Origin: a bacterium
GTDB taxonomy: Bacteria > RBG-13-61-14 > DATKZS01
Reading direction: 5' to 3'
Assembly: GCA_963674965.2 (NCBI GenBank)
Contig: CAXXFL010000007.1
Span: forward strand, 352,001-416,000
Length of the DNA stretch: 64,000 bases
Positions 1 through 8,976 of this stretch are shown in pieces (position 1 is the first letter of the stretch; each line of letters starts with the position of its first letter). The translations under genes and the position numbers were made by a program. The notes under the pieces were generated by a model. The model did not search any database. It saw only the letters and a list, made by a program, of their open reading frames with translations, and was not told the origin of the DNA.

Positions 1-128
1 GCCTCGCCGGGCGTGAGAATAACCGCGTCGCTTTCGCGGACAAGGGTCCTTGACTTACCCGCCGGAAGCGCTGATGGGATTGATAGAATGACAAGGAGAA
101 ATAAAAGGATCGGTCGTTTCATGTCCAT
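1..128 (-). CDS. 5' part of a secreted hypothetical protein, truncated by the window edge (MDMKRPILLFLLVILSIPSALPAGKSRTLVRESDAVILTPGE...)
   Basis: Manual translation; strong SD (AAGGAGGAG) before ATG at 128; basic then hydrophobic signal-peptide-like N-terminus; 33 bp downstream of the OYE gene, so probably co-transcribed. Confidence 0.7.
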   Translation of the reverse strand, partial: MDMKRPILLFLLVILSIPSALPAGKSRTLVRESDAVILTPGE

Positions 129-161
129 GCTCTCCTCCTTGAATCCGGCCCGACGCGAAGT

Positions 162-1379
162 TCACGTCCAGTAGTGCTCGACCTTGGGCGTCTTGCCCCG
201 GTAGCATTTAAGCCCCTTTACCTGGATGTGGGCGAGGCAGATGTTGCAGTTGACGCACTTCGAGGGCGACAGGTCTCCCGCCTCCACCCGGCTCGGGAAA
301 TTGGGCTCGGCGATGAGGGGTCTTCCCAGGCTGATCATGTCGGCCCATCCCTCGCTTACGAACTCCTCCATTTTGGCCGGGTCGCGAAGTCCTCCCACCG
401 ATATGACCGGAACGCCGACTTTTTTCTTCACTTCCCTGGAGTACTCGATGTTGTAGTTCTCGCGGAAGGGGAAGAGCCGCATGGCGATGGGGTCGGTCAG
501 GCCCAGGAGCCACTTGAGCGGGGCCGGCAAAGTGGCAAGCTCCTTGGCCGTGCGCATGACCAGCTTGAGGGGCAGCGGGCCCCGGATCAGGGTCATGCCC
601 GCCTCGTAGCAGCCGCAGCTTACCTCGAGGGCGTCGAACCCCAGGCCGCCAAGCATCTCCGCCGTGCGCAGGGCCTCGTTGAAGCGGACCCCTATGGGGA
701 TCGGAAAGCAGTCCGTGGCGTTTATCTTGATAATGAGAGGATAATCGTCGCCAACTTCCCGCCGGGCCGCGGCGTAAAGTTCCTGGACGAAGCGCCAGCG
801 GTTCTCGAGCTTTCCCCCGTACTCGTCCTTCCTGCGGTTCAAGGTGGGAGAGAGGAACTGGTTAACCATGTAGCCGTGGGCGCCGTGAATCTCGACGCCG
901 TCGTAACCGGCTTCCCTGGCGCGGGCGCAGGCGCGGGCCCAGCTCGCGATGGTTTTTTCTATGTCCTCCCCGGTCATCTCGCGAGGGATATGGAGGAATA
1001 TCGTGTGAGGAACCCGGGAAGGACCGCGAGGCTTGATCCCGCCGTTATAGTCCTCCTTGGCCTCCCGGCCGCAGTCGTTGATTTGAGCGAAGACCTTGCA
1101 GTCGCTCTCATGCACGGCGTCGGTCAACTCCTTGTGACCTTTGATCTGGAAGTCCTCGTCAATTCCCAGTTGGAGGGGCCAGTTATGCCCGTCCCAGCTA
1201 TGGAACATGTTGCCCACCAGGGCCATGCCCACGCCGCCCTTGCCCAGGCGCCGGAAGAACTCGACCGCCTGGGGCGTGACTTCGCCTTTGGGCCCGGCCA
1301 TGCTCTCGTGGGTGGCGGCCTTGACCAGCCTGTTTTTTATCTCGAGGTTCCCGATCTTAATCGGTTCGAACAGTTTCAT
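162..1379 (-). CDS. NADH:flavin oxidoreductase, Old Yellow Enzyme family, with C-terminal CxxCxxC-x10-C cluster motif
   Basis: LFEPIKIGNLEIKNR, GYDGVEIHGAHGY, NRRKDEYGG, GRPLIAEP and CVNCNIC motifs; SD AAGGAG. Confidence 0.9.
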   Translation of the reverse strand: MKLFEPIKIGNLEIKNRLVKAATHESMAGPKGEVTPQAVEFFRRLGKGGVGMALVGNMFHSWDGHNWPLQLGIDEDFQIKGHKELTDAVHESDCKVFAQINDCGREAKEDYNGGIKPRGPSRVPHTIFLHIPREMTGEDIEKTIASWARACARAREAGYDGVEIHGAHGYMVNQFLSPTLNRRKDEYGGKLENRWRFVQELYAAARREVGDDYPLIIKINATDCFPIPIGVRFNEALRTAEMLGGLGFDALEVSCGCYEAGMTLIRGPLPLKLVMRTAKELATLPAPLKWLLGLTDPIAMRLFPFRENYNIEYSREVKKKVGVPVISVGGLRDPAKMEEFVSEGWADMISLGRPLIAEPNFPSRVEAGDLSPSKCVNCNICLAHIQVKGLKCYRGKTPKVEHYWT

Positions 1380-1412
1380 GCCATCTCCTTTTTCGTGGAC
1401 CCTTGTCGCGAA

Positions 1413-1441
1413 ATTATATAACGATCGTTATTAAAGGGCAA
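1413..1441 (-). promoter_or_regulatory. Sigma70-type promoter of the OYE gene with a palindromic operator in the spacer
   Basis: Minus strand TTGCCC-N17-TATAAT; perfect palindrome ATAACGATCGTTAT at 1418-1431. Confidence 0.7.
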
Positions 1442-1571
1442 GAAGTAATTGGAACATGAAAACAAACGGCGCCGGCTCCTTCCAGCCGCGCGGGCTTTCC
1501 CAGTTGAAGATAGTATCGCTCCGGGCGTTTTTGGCCCCTCAAAAATTTCTCCAATTTTTTCGATGCATCGG

Positions 1572-1600
1572 TTGACCGCTTTATCGGTCTCGGTTAGATT
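1572..1600 (+). promoter_or_regulatory. Putative sigma70 promoter of the copper receptor
   Basis: TTGACC-N17-TAGATT 21 bp before ATG; inverted repeat GACCG-N6-CGGTC overlapping the -35 and spacer. Confidence 0.5.
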
Positions 1601-1621
1601 GAAAGTGGGAAGGAGAAAGAA

Positions 1622-3724
1622 ATGTCCGCAAAGAAGTATATCCAGATAATTGGCCTAATTTTTGGGTCCGTCTTTTTTCCTTTGGCGCCTTACGCCGAGG
1701 AATTTGAAGAAAGCGGCGAGAACGGCGCGGAAGTACCGGCAATAGTGGTGGAGGGGAACAGGATATGTCTTCCCGGCGAGGCCATGCTCGATCCGGACGA
1801 CCCGGAGCTGGGCGCGCCCATTGACAGCGGCGACCTTCTTCGGTGCGTTCCCGGCGTCTCCGGCTCCAGGATGGGCGGCCACGGCGTCGATCCCGTGATA
1901 CGGGGCCAGTCCGGTTCCCGGGTGAACGTTATTTTGGACGGGGCCTTACTTTACGGCGGCTGTCCCAACCGCATGGACCCGCCTGGGGCTTACGCGCCTT
2001 ACCAGAGTTACGACCGTATCCAGGTGCTGAAGGGCCCAAGGTCCCTGATCTATAGCGGAGGAAGCGGCGGCGCGATAATTTTCGACAGGAACTCGAGGCC
2101 CCTGAGCGGGGACGAAAAATGGCGAGCCAGGCTCTCGACCCTGTACGCGGACAATGGCGAGAGAAAGGGAGCGTCGGCGGACGCGGCGGGAGGGGTTTCC
2201 TCTGCCTACGTCCGCGCCATCTACGATTATCTCGAGGCCGGCGATTATAAGGACGGCGAGGGCGAGGAGGTCCCCTCCAGCTTCGTTTCCAGTCACGCCG
2301 CCTTCATGGGAGGATGGACCCCCGAGTCGGGCTTCGGGGTCCACGTGGGATGGGAGACCATGAACGTGGACGACGTCCTCTACCCGGGGGCGGGCATGGA
2401 CGCTCCCGTCAGCGACGCCGATATCTATCGGGCGAAGATCGAGTGGCGCGACCCCTCGGCGCCGTCCTCCGGCGTCAAGGCGGAGTTTTTTCAAAGCCAG
2501 GTCGATCATGTCATGGACAACTACTCGTTAAGGGAGCGAACGGCCCCAAGCCCCCTGCTGGCGGTGACCAGTTCGGACGCCCATGGAGGCAGGGTCGTCG
2601 TCGACCTGGCCAGGCGATCGACCCTTTTCACGGTGGGGGCCGATTTCCAGCAAAGCGAAAAAAACGCCCTGCGCTACGTGGGGCCGGATGAAGACCACGT
2701 CGATATCGTGCAGTCCGTTCTCTGGCCGGACGCTACTATTTCCCAATACGGCGCGTTCGGGATTCTCGAGGTCGGGCATGGACAAGACCTCAGCCTCTCC
2801 GTAGGCGCCCGCTACGACCGGGTCGAGGCCTCGGCGGGGGACGCCGACCTCGATCCGCCCGGCGGTCCCATGAGCCCGGAGGACCTTTACGCCCTGTATT
2901 ACGGGACCGGCGCCAATGACGCCGAGGAGGACAACGTGGGCGCTCTGGTTCGCCTCGCGGCCAGGCCCGGTGAGGACGGCCCTCTCCTCTCGGTCGACCT
3001 GAGCCGTACCGTCCGCTCGGCCGACGCGACCGAGCGATTCATGGCGTCCAACGGCATGACGCCGTCCGCTCGGTGGGTGGGGAACCCGGGGATAGAACCG
3101 GAGGTCCATTACCAGGCCGAAATCGGCTTTCTGGAAGAGGAGGAAGACTGGAGCCTTGCGGCGGCGGCTTATTACGATTGGGCGGAAAATTACATCATCC
3201 GGGACCGGGCGCGCGGGCAAGAAGGAATAATGCGAATTGACGGGGCCAATATCTATCGGAACGTTGACGCCGTTCTTTGGGGGGGAGAAGTCGAGGCCGG
3301 TTGGGACTGGACCCCGAGCCTTTCCAGCCGGGTGGCCCTGGCCTACGTTTACGGCAACGACGAAACCGACGACAGACCCCTGCCGCAAATACCGCCGCTC
3401 ACGGTCGACGCCTTGGTCGATTATAAAAGAGATAAATGGAGGGCCGGCGCCAGGCTTCGACACGCGGCCACGCAGACGCGAGTGGACGACGACCCCGCCT
3501 CGGGAAGCGGACTGGACGCGGGCAGGACCCCGGCCCATAGCGTGATCGACCTCTACGCCGCGGCGTTCCCGACTAAAAACCTGGAACTGCAAGTCGGAAT
3601 CGAAAACCTGTTCGACAAAACCTACGCCGACCACCTGAACAAGCCCAACGCCTTCGATCCCGAGCAAATCCAGGTGAACGAACCCGGAAGAACGGTATGG
3701 ATAAAGCTCGTGGCCGGACATTAA
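1622..3724 (+). CDS. oprC: TonB-dependent copper receptor, OprC/NosA type
   Basis: Signal peptide; plug motif GGCPNRMDPP (CxxxM) and DHVMDNYSLR (HxM) copper-site motifs; NLFDKTYADHLN...EPGRTVW C-terminus. Confidence 0.85.
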   Translation: MSAKKYIQIIGLIFGSVFFPLAPYAEEFEESGENGAEVPAIVVEGNRICLPGEAMLDPDDPELGAPIDSGDLLRCVPGVSGSRMGGHGVDPVIRGQSGSRVNVILDGALLYGGCPNRMDPPGAYAPYQSYDRIQVLKGPRSLIYSGGSGGAIIFDRNSRPLSGDEKWRARLSTLYADNGERKGASADAAGGVSSAYVRAIYDYLEAGDYKDGEGEEVPSSFVSSHAAFMGGWTPESGFGVHVGWETMNVDDVLYPGAGMDAPVSDADIYRAKIEWRDPSAPSSGVKAEFFQSQVDHVMDNYSLRERTAPSPLLAVTSSDAHGGRVVVDLARRSTLFTVGADFQQSEKNALRYVGPDEDHVDIVQSVLWPDATISQYGAFGILEVGHGQDLSLSVGARYDRVEASAGDADLDPPGGPMSPEDLYALYYGTGANDAEEDNVGALVRLAARPGEDGPLLSVDLSRTVRSADATERFMASNGMTPSARWVGNPGIEPEVHYQAEIGFLEEEEDWSLAAAAYYDWAENYIIRDRARGQEGIMRIDGANIYRNVDAVLWGGEVEAGWDWTPSLSSRVALAYVYGNDETDDRPLPQIPPLTVDALVDYKRDKWRAGARLRHAATQTRVDDDPASGSGLDAGRTPAHSVIDLYAAAFPTKNLELQVGIENLFDKTYADHLNKPNAFDPEQIQVNEPGRTVWIKLVAGH

Positions 3725-3897
3725 TAGGCGCCGAGAGTGAAGGAAAGGCCATAGGTCGTCTTCCTTCCCATTGGCCATGCTTTGACTTTTACCCACCCAG
3801 CGGCGGCAAGATGGAGAACGGCGGAATTATATGATATTCATAGCCGTCGGGGGTTCGGCGGGCAAAAGAGCCGGCCGGCCGCTCGGAAAGGATCACC

Positions 3898-5487
3898 ATG
3901 GCGCCACGCGTTCTTTTATCATCCGTTTTCAAGCCCTTCGCGGTCGACGACGCGTACTCGAGAAAAGAGTGCATTATGGAACTATGCCGCAACCAGCTCA
4001 CCAAGTCCCAGGGGCCGTTCTGCATCCGCACTTACCATAATACTTACGGGCTTCACGCCATCGCCAACAACGTCAGCGCGCCCACGACGGTGCTTGATTT
4101 TCCCACCCTCGATCGTTTCCGGAGGGAGTTGAAAAAAGGCTACGACATTATCGGTATCGGGGCGATCATGCCGAATTTTCTCAAGGTCAAGAAGATGGTG
4201 GAGGAGGCCCGGGAGCTGTCACCTCGCTCGACCGTCGTGGTGGGGGGCTTTTGCGCCACCATTCCCGACCTGGACAAGACGCTTGACGCCGACTATATCT
4301 GCTTGGGCGACGGCGTGAGCTTCATGCGTGACCTTCTGGGCGACCCTCCCGAGTTTCAGTTCAAGAACCCCAACGTGTTCGCCGAAAGCCGCCAGATATT
4401 CGGCGTGCCCCTTTTCGGTTTCCAGCAGAACCCCCATCTTATCGTGGGGCTGGGGTGTTCCTACGGGTGCGATTTCTGCTCGGTCACTCATTTCTTCGGA
4501 CGAAAGCACATTAAGTTCTTCAAGACCGGCAAGGCCCTTTTCGACGAGATGATCCGCCTGGAAAAGATATACCGCTCCAACGTCATCGTCTTCATCGGGG
4601 ACGACAACTTCTTTCTCGACCTCGGCCGGGCGGAGGAACTTCGCCAAGAAGTGGTGAAAAGCGGAAGGTTCTTTAAAATAATGGCCTTCGGATCGGCCGA
4701 CCGGCTGACCAGGTTCGGCGTCGAGCGCCTGGCTGAAATGGGCCTTGACACGGTATGGGTCGGAAGGGAAGGCAAGTTTTCAAACTACGGCAAAAACCGG
4801 GGCATGGACATGAAATCCCTGGTGGGAGACTTAAGGTCATACGGCATAAAAACCATTCTCAGCTCGATATTGTTGCTCGAGGAACACGACAAGGATAATA
4901 TATGGGAGGACGTGGACGACCACCTGTCCTGCAATCCGGCGTTCAGCCAGTTCGCCCATTATTCTCCCGCTCCCAACACCCCCCTCTGGGACAAAATGAA
5001 GGAGGAAGGCCGCCTGCTCGAGCATATCCCCCTCGAGGAGTGTCACGCCTTTAAGCAGCCCTGGTTCGTTCATCCTCACTTCAGTCTCGCCGAGGCCGAG
5101 AAGGTCCAGGACCTCGCCTATACTCGCGACTTCCTCGAGCTGGGTCCCGCGGTCCTCCGTTACGCCGAGGCCGAGTACCAGGGCTGGAAAAACTTGAAGG
5201 ATTCTCCCAAAGCGCATTTCAGGAAAAGAGCCGGGGCCTACGCTCGAGACATGTGGAAATACAGGGTCATATGCCGGCTCACTGAAGAACTGTCTCCCTC
5301 CGAGCGCGTGGCCGAGCTGGCCCGTGACCTGCGGTCCCGAATCGAGGCGTCCTTCGGCAAGACCTCGGCGGTCGAGAAGGCCATGGCCAGGGGTCTTTAC
5401 TTCACCAGCCGGCTGTGGGAGGCAAGGACCAGAAGATGGGGAGACGCCATTCAACCAAGAACGAGACTGGTCAAGTACAATCAATGA
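3898..5487 (+). CDS. B12-binding-domain radical SAM protein
   Basis: N-terminal Rossmann-like DIIGIG...VVVGG...ICLGDG region; CSYGCDFC (CxxxCxxC); DDNF; PAPNTPLW. Confidence 0.8.
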   Translation: MAPRVLLSSVFKPFAVDDAYSRKECIMELCRNQLTKSQGPFCIRTYHNTYGLHAIANNVSAPTTVLDFPTLDRFRRELKKGYDIIGIGAIMPNFLKVKKMVEEARELSPRSTVVVGGFCATIPDLDKTLDADYICLGDGVSFMRDLLGDPPEFQFKNPNVFAESRQIFGVPLFGFQQNPHLIVGLGCSYGCDFCSVTHFFGRKHIKFFKTGKALFDEMIRLEKIYRSNVIVFIGDDNFFLDLGRAEELRQEVVKSGRFFKIMAFGSADRLTRFGVERLAEMGLDTVWVGREGKFSNYGKNRGMDMKSLVGDLRSYGIKTILSSILLLEEHDKDNIWEDVDDHLSCNPAFSQFAHYSPAPNTPLWDKMKEEGRLLEHIPLEECHAFKQPWFVHPHFSLAEAEKVQDLAYTRDFLELGPAVLRYAEAEYQGWKNLKDSPKAHFRKRAGAYARDMWKYRVICRLTEELSPSERVAELARDLRSRIEASFGKTSAVEKAMARGLYFTSRLWEARTRRWGDAIQPRTRLVKYNQ

Positions 5488-5556
5488 AGTAATGGGACTT
5501 TAAACGTGTCCGCCCCCCGGAATGGAACCTCCCCGGGGATGGGCGGGTCTAAAGAT

Positions 5557-5585
5557 TTGACACCATATGCCTGGTGGCGTATAAA
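5557..5585 (+). promoter_or_regulatory. Putative sigma70 promoter of the PPIase gene
   Basis: TTGACA-N17-TATAAA. Confidence 0.55.
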
Positions 5586-5682
5586 TAATCTTGCGCGAAA
5601 GCGGCTAAATAGCGCGAAAAAGCCGGGGAAGGAAAGCCGGCGTTTTTTATGCCTTCAGGCGCATATTGAAAAGGAGACAATC

Positions 5683-6933
5683 ATGGAGTTTATCAAGCGC
5701 GCCGCGCCGGCGGCGCTGGCGGCGTTATTGGCGATTATGTCGTTCGCCGGATGCGACAAGGATAAAGACAATAGCGTCAAGACGGGAGGCGACTTAGTCC
5801 CCTCCGCGGGGGCCACGGTCGCCAAACCCGGAGAAGACCCGGTTTGGATTCGAGTTAACGGCAAGGAAATAAAAAAGTCCGACGTGGACGACAAGCTGGC
5901 CAAGATAAAGATGCAGATTTCCTCGCAGGTCCCTCCCGACCAGATGGCGGGCCTCGAGCCCCGGCTCCTGAGGGACACCATGATGATGCTGGTCGAGGTT
6001 AACGTGCTCGACGAGGCCGTGGCCGCGAACGGAATCACGGTGGGCGACACGGCGATCGACAAGGAAATGGAAGACCTCAAATCCCGCTACCCGGACGAGG
6101 CGACCTTCCAGGAGCAGATGACCATGGTGGGCGTGACCGAGGACCAGATCAGGGAGGACATCCGCCTTAACTTCGGACGCATGAAGTACCTCGAGGAACA
6201 CGTCGATATCCCCGACCCTCCCGAGGAGGACGTGAAAAAGATATACGAAATGACCAAGGACAGGAACCTCATCCCCGCCTCGGCCAAGACCGTCCATATC
6301 TTCTTCCAGTTCCCCAACATGGCGGCCCCGGAGGTAAAAACCGAAAAGCTCGAGCTGGCCAAGAGCGTTCTGGAACAGATTAAAAACGGCGCCGACATGG
6401 GAGAGCTGGCGAAGAAATACTCGGACGCGCCCAGCAAGTCCGACGGCGGTACCGAGACCTTCGAGCAAGGAAGGCTCATGCCGCCGGACTTCGACAACGC
6501 CCTTTTCGCCTTAAAGGCCGGGGAAGTGAGCGACGTAATCGAGTCTCCCATCGGCTATCATATCGTAAAGATGGTCGAGCTAACCCCCGAGAAACCCCAT
6601 GAGTTCGAGGAGGTCAAGGAGGAAATAGTCGAGTTCCTCAAAGACCAGAAACGCAAATCCGCCATGCAGCAACACATCGACGAGTTGGTCAAGAAAGCCA
6701 AGGTCGAGTATCTCGAGCCCCTGCCCAAGGTGGAGGACGACTTTGTCGATCAGATGAACGGGCTTCCCCCGCCCGAGGTCCCGGAGGGGGAGGGAGAAGA
6801 AGCGTCCGAGGCGCCCATGGAAAGCGAGGCCGACGGTAGCGAGGCCGACGGCGGCGCACCGCCCGAGATCAAGGAAGCGGCGCCGCCCGAGGCCGAGGAC
6901 GGCAAGCCGACCCTGCCGCCTCCCGGGGAGTGA
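5683..6933 (+). CDS. SurA/PrsA-like parvulin peptidyl-prolyl isomerase, lipoprotein, with acidic Pro-rich tail
   Basis: Start re-set to ATG 5683 (SD AAGGAG); lipobox FAGC; SurA-N-like VNGKEI region; rotamase motifs HIFF, LAKKYSD, ESPIGYHIVK. Confidence 0.85.
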   Translation: MEFIKRAAPAALAALLAIMSFAGCDKDKDNSVKTGGDLVPSAGATVAKPGEDPVWIRVNGKEIKKSDVDDKLAKIKMQISSQVPPDQMAGLEPRLLRDTMMMLVEVNVLDEAVAANGITVGDTAIDKEMEDLKSRYPDEATFQEQMTMVGVTEDQIREDIRLNFGRMKYLEEHVDIPDPPEEDVKKIYEMTKDRNLIPASAKTVHIFFQFPNMAAPEVKTEKLELAKSVLEQIKNGADMGELAKKYSDAPSKSDGGTETFEQGRLMPPDFDNALFALKAGEVSDVIESPIGYHIVKMVELTPEKPHEFEEVKEEIVEFLKDQKRKSAMQQHIDELVKKAKVEYLEPLPKVEDDFVDQMNGLPPPEVPEGEGEEASEAPMESEADGSEADGGAPPEIKEAAPPEAEDGKPTLPPPGE

Positions 6934-6959
6934 ATAAATATAGTTTGAATTAAACCCAG

Positions 6960-6991
6960 GCGGACGGGGTCTTTTCCTCGTCCGCTTTTTT
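6960..6991 (+). terminator. Intrinsic terminator
   Basis: GCGGACG...CGTCCGC stem followed by T6. Confidence 0.7.
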
Positions 6992-7679
6992 ATCGGCCGA
7001 GGATTTTTCCGGCGAGCTCGTCATATATCTTGGCCCCGAACATCTTCACCATTATGCCCTTGGACTTGATCAAAGCGTGGTCGTCCCTTTTTCCCTTCTT
7101 GGCCACGCAAGGGTGGGTCGCGCCTCCGCAGTCCAGGATTGTCTCCGACTCCCGGTTAACGGTGGTCACCACCACGTCGTCCCCGATGATAATGACCACG
7201 ACCGGGTAAAGGGAGCACACGTACGGCTTGACGTCGATGGGGTCCAGGCCTCGATCGAGAGCGTACCTGTGAAGGTAACATCCCTTGCCCCCGGGTATGG
7301 AGAGAACGCACTCGTCCGAGCTTTTCTTGCGCCTCATCATAAGCTCGAAGCCGTCCCCATACTTCCAGTAGCCTTGCCCGTCGAGGGTGGTTTTCAGGCG
7401 GGGCCATTTCTCCAAAATGGGCGGCAGGACCTTGTCCACGGCCTCGAGGTCCCGCCTGGTCAGCTCGAGGTCGTGTCCCCTGCAGCAAAAGGCCTTGGGC
7501 TTTCTCTCCCGGCAACCCTCGCACCGGAAGTACCCGTCCAGGTGGAGTCCGTCGAAAATAAGGTTGTCGATCACGATGGTCTCGGGCCGGGCCTTTAAGA
7601 ACTCCTTGTACCTGTCGTCGGTGTCCATGGACAGATCGTCGATCATGTCCTCATACTTCTTCTTGATGTTTCTCGTCAT
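6990..7679 (-). CDS. Cysteine-cluster protein, DUF3109/YkgJ-like (putative Zn/Fe-S binding)
   Basis: CEGC...FCC, CVL...GCYLH, KPYVCSLYPV motifs. Confidence 0.65.
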   Translation of the reverse strand: MTRNIKKKYEDMIDDLSMDTDDRYKEFLKARPETIVIDNLIFDGLHLDGYFRCEGCRERKPKAFCCRGHDLELTRRDLEAVDKVLPPILEKWPRLKTTLDGQGYWKYGDGFELMMRRKKSSDECVLSIPGGKGCYLHRYALDRGLDPIDVKPYVCSLYPVVVIIIGDDVVVTTVNRESETILDCGGATHPCVAKKGKRDDHALIKSKGIMVKMFGAKIYDELAGKILGR

Positions 7680-7746
7680 GCTTGTCTCCGGCGGGAACTC
7701 GGCGGGCGCCGGTCCAGGTCAAGGCGTCGTCTCGCGACGAACTCGG

Positions 7747-8904
7747 TCATCCCTTTTTAAGGTCCCTTAAGTATTTCCCGAGCCTCTCGAGTCCCCTCTC
7801 GATATTCTCCTCCGAGGTCGCGTAGGAAAAGCGAATGTAACCCTCGGCGTTGTCGCCAAAATCTATGCCCGGCGCCACCCCCACGTGGGTCTTGTCCAGG
7901 ATATCCATGCAGAACTTAAGCGAGTCGTCCGTATACTCGCGGGCGTTGGCCAGAACGTAAAAAGCGCCCGTGGGCTCGACCGTGACCCCCAGGCCCAGGT
8001 CCTTGATCCCCGCCAGCATGGTGAGCCGCCGACGGTTGTAAATCTCCCGCATCCTCTCCACGTCCGGCTCGGCCTCGCGGATGGCCGCGATCGCCGCCCA
8101 TTGCACGAAGTCGCCCGTCGAGATGAAGAAGTTCTGCTGCACCTTCTGGAGCGGGCGGACCATGGGCCGGGGAAGGATGCAGTAGCCTATCCGCCAGCCC
8201 GTCATGGCGTAGCGCTTGGAAAATCCGTTCAAGACTATGGCGTCGTCGGTATACTCGAGGATCGAGTGCTCCTCGCCCTCGTAAACCAGCCCGTGATATA
8301 TCTCGTCCGAGATCACCGTCTTGCCAAGCTCGGCCGCGGCGCGGGTCCTCTCCTCGGAGAGAAGGTTGCCCGTCGGGTTCGAGGGAGAGTTGATCAATAT
8401 GGCCCTGGTCTTGTCCGTGAGTTTTTCAGCGATCGTCTCGGGACGGTATTGAAAGCCGTCCTCCTCGAAGACCGGGACGCGAACCGGAGTGCCGCCAACG
8501 TACTCGATCATGTTCGGATAACAGGCGTAGGAGGGGTCAGAAAGGATCACCTCGTCGCCCCGCTCCAGTATCCCGGAGAAAACCAGGAACATGGCCGGCG
8601 ACGTGCCCGGCGTGACGATGATCTGGTCGGGATGGACATGGACCCCGTAACGCGACTCGTAATCCTCGCAAATGGCCTCGCGAAGCTCGATCACGCCCAG
8701 GCTGTGAGTATAATGGGTCCGGTGGCTGGACATGGCCCGGTGGGCAGCCTTCACTATGCACTCGGGCGTGTCGAAGTCGGGCTCGCCGACCGCGAGAACG
8801 ATCACGTCCTCCCCCGCCTTGACAAGCTCCTGGGCCCGGTCTATAACGTCAACCACTAAAAACGGCGGCATCGCCTCCGCCCGTCTGGACACTCTCGCGT
8901 CCAT
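7747..8904 (-). CDS. PLP-dependent aminotransferase class I/II (aspartate aminotransferase-like)
   Basis: GEPDFDTP, NSPSNPTG, SDEIY, FSKRYAMTGWRIG, YIRFSYA. Confidence 0.92.
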   Translation of the reverse strand: MDARVSRRAEAMPPFLVVDVIDRAQELVKAGEDVIVLAVGEPDFDTPECIVKAAHRAMSSHRTHYTHSLGVIELREAICEDYESRYGVHVHPDQIIVTPGTSPAMFLVFSGILERGDEVILSDPSYACYPNMIEYVGGTPVRVPVFEEDGFQYRPETIAEKLTDKTRAILINSPSNPTGNLLSEERTRAAAELGKTVISDEIYHGLVYEGEEHSILEYTDDAIVLNGFSKRYAMTGWRIGYCILPRPMVRPLQKVQQNFFISTGDFVQWAAIAAIREAEPDVERMREIYNRRRLTMLAGIKDLGLGVTVEPTGAFYVLANAREYTDDSLKFCMDILDKTHVGVAPGIDFGDNAEGYIRFSYATSEENIERGLERLGKYLRDLKKG

Positions 8905-8976
8905 GATTCACCTCCATGGAGCGCCCGCCGGCGCATGGCTTATTATCGGGGCATTTGGCGTCGGGGTCAAAGAAGG

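Noticed and set aside
6823-6852. 15-bp tandem duplication (SEADG twice) in the PPIase tail
   Set aside because: Ordinary in-frame repeat in a disordered tail
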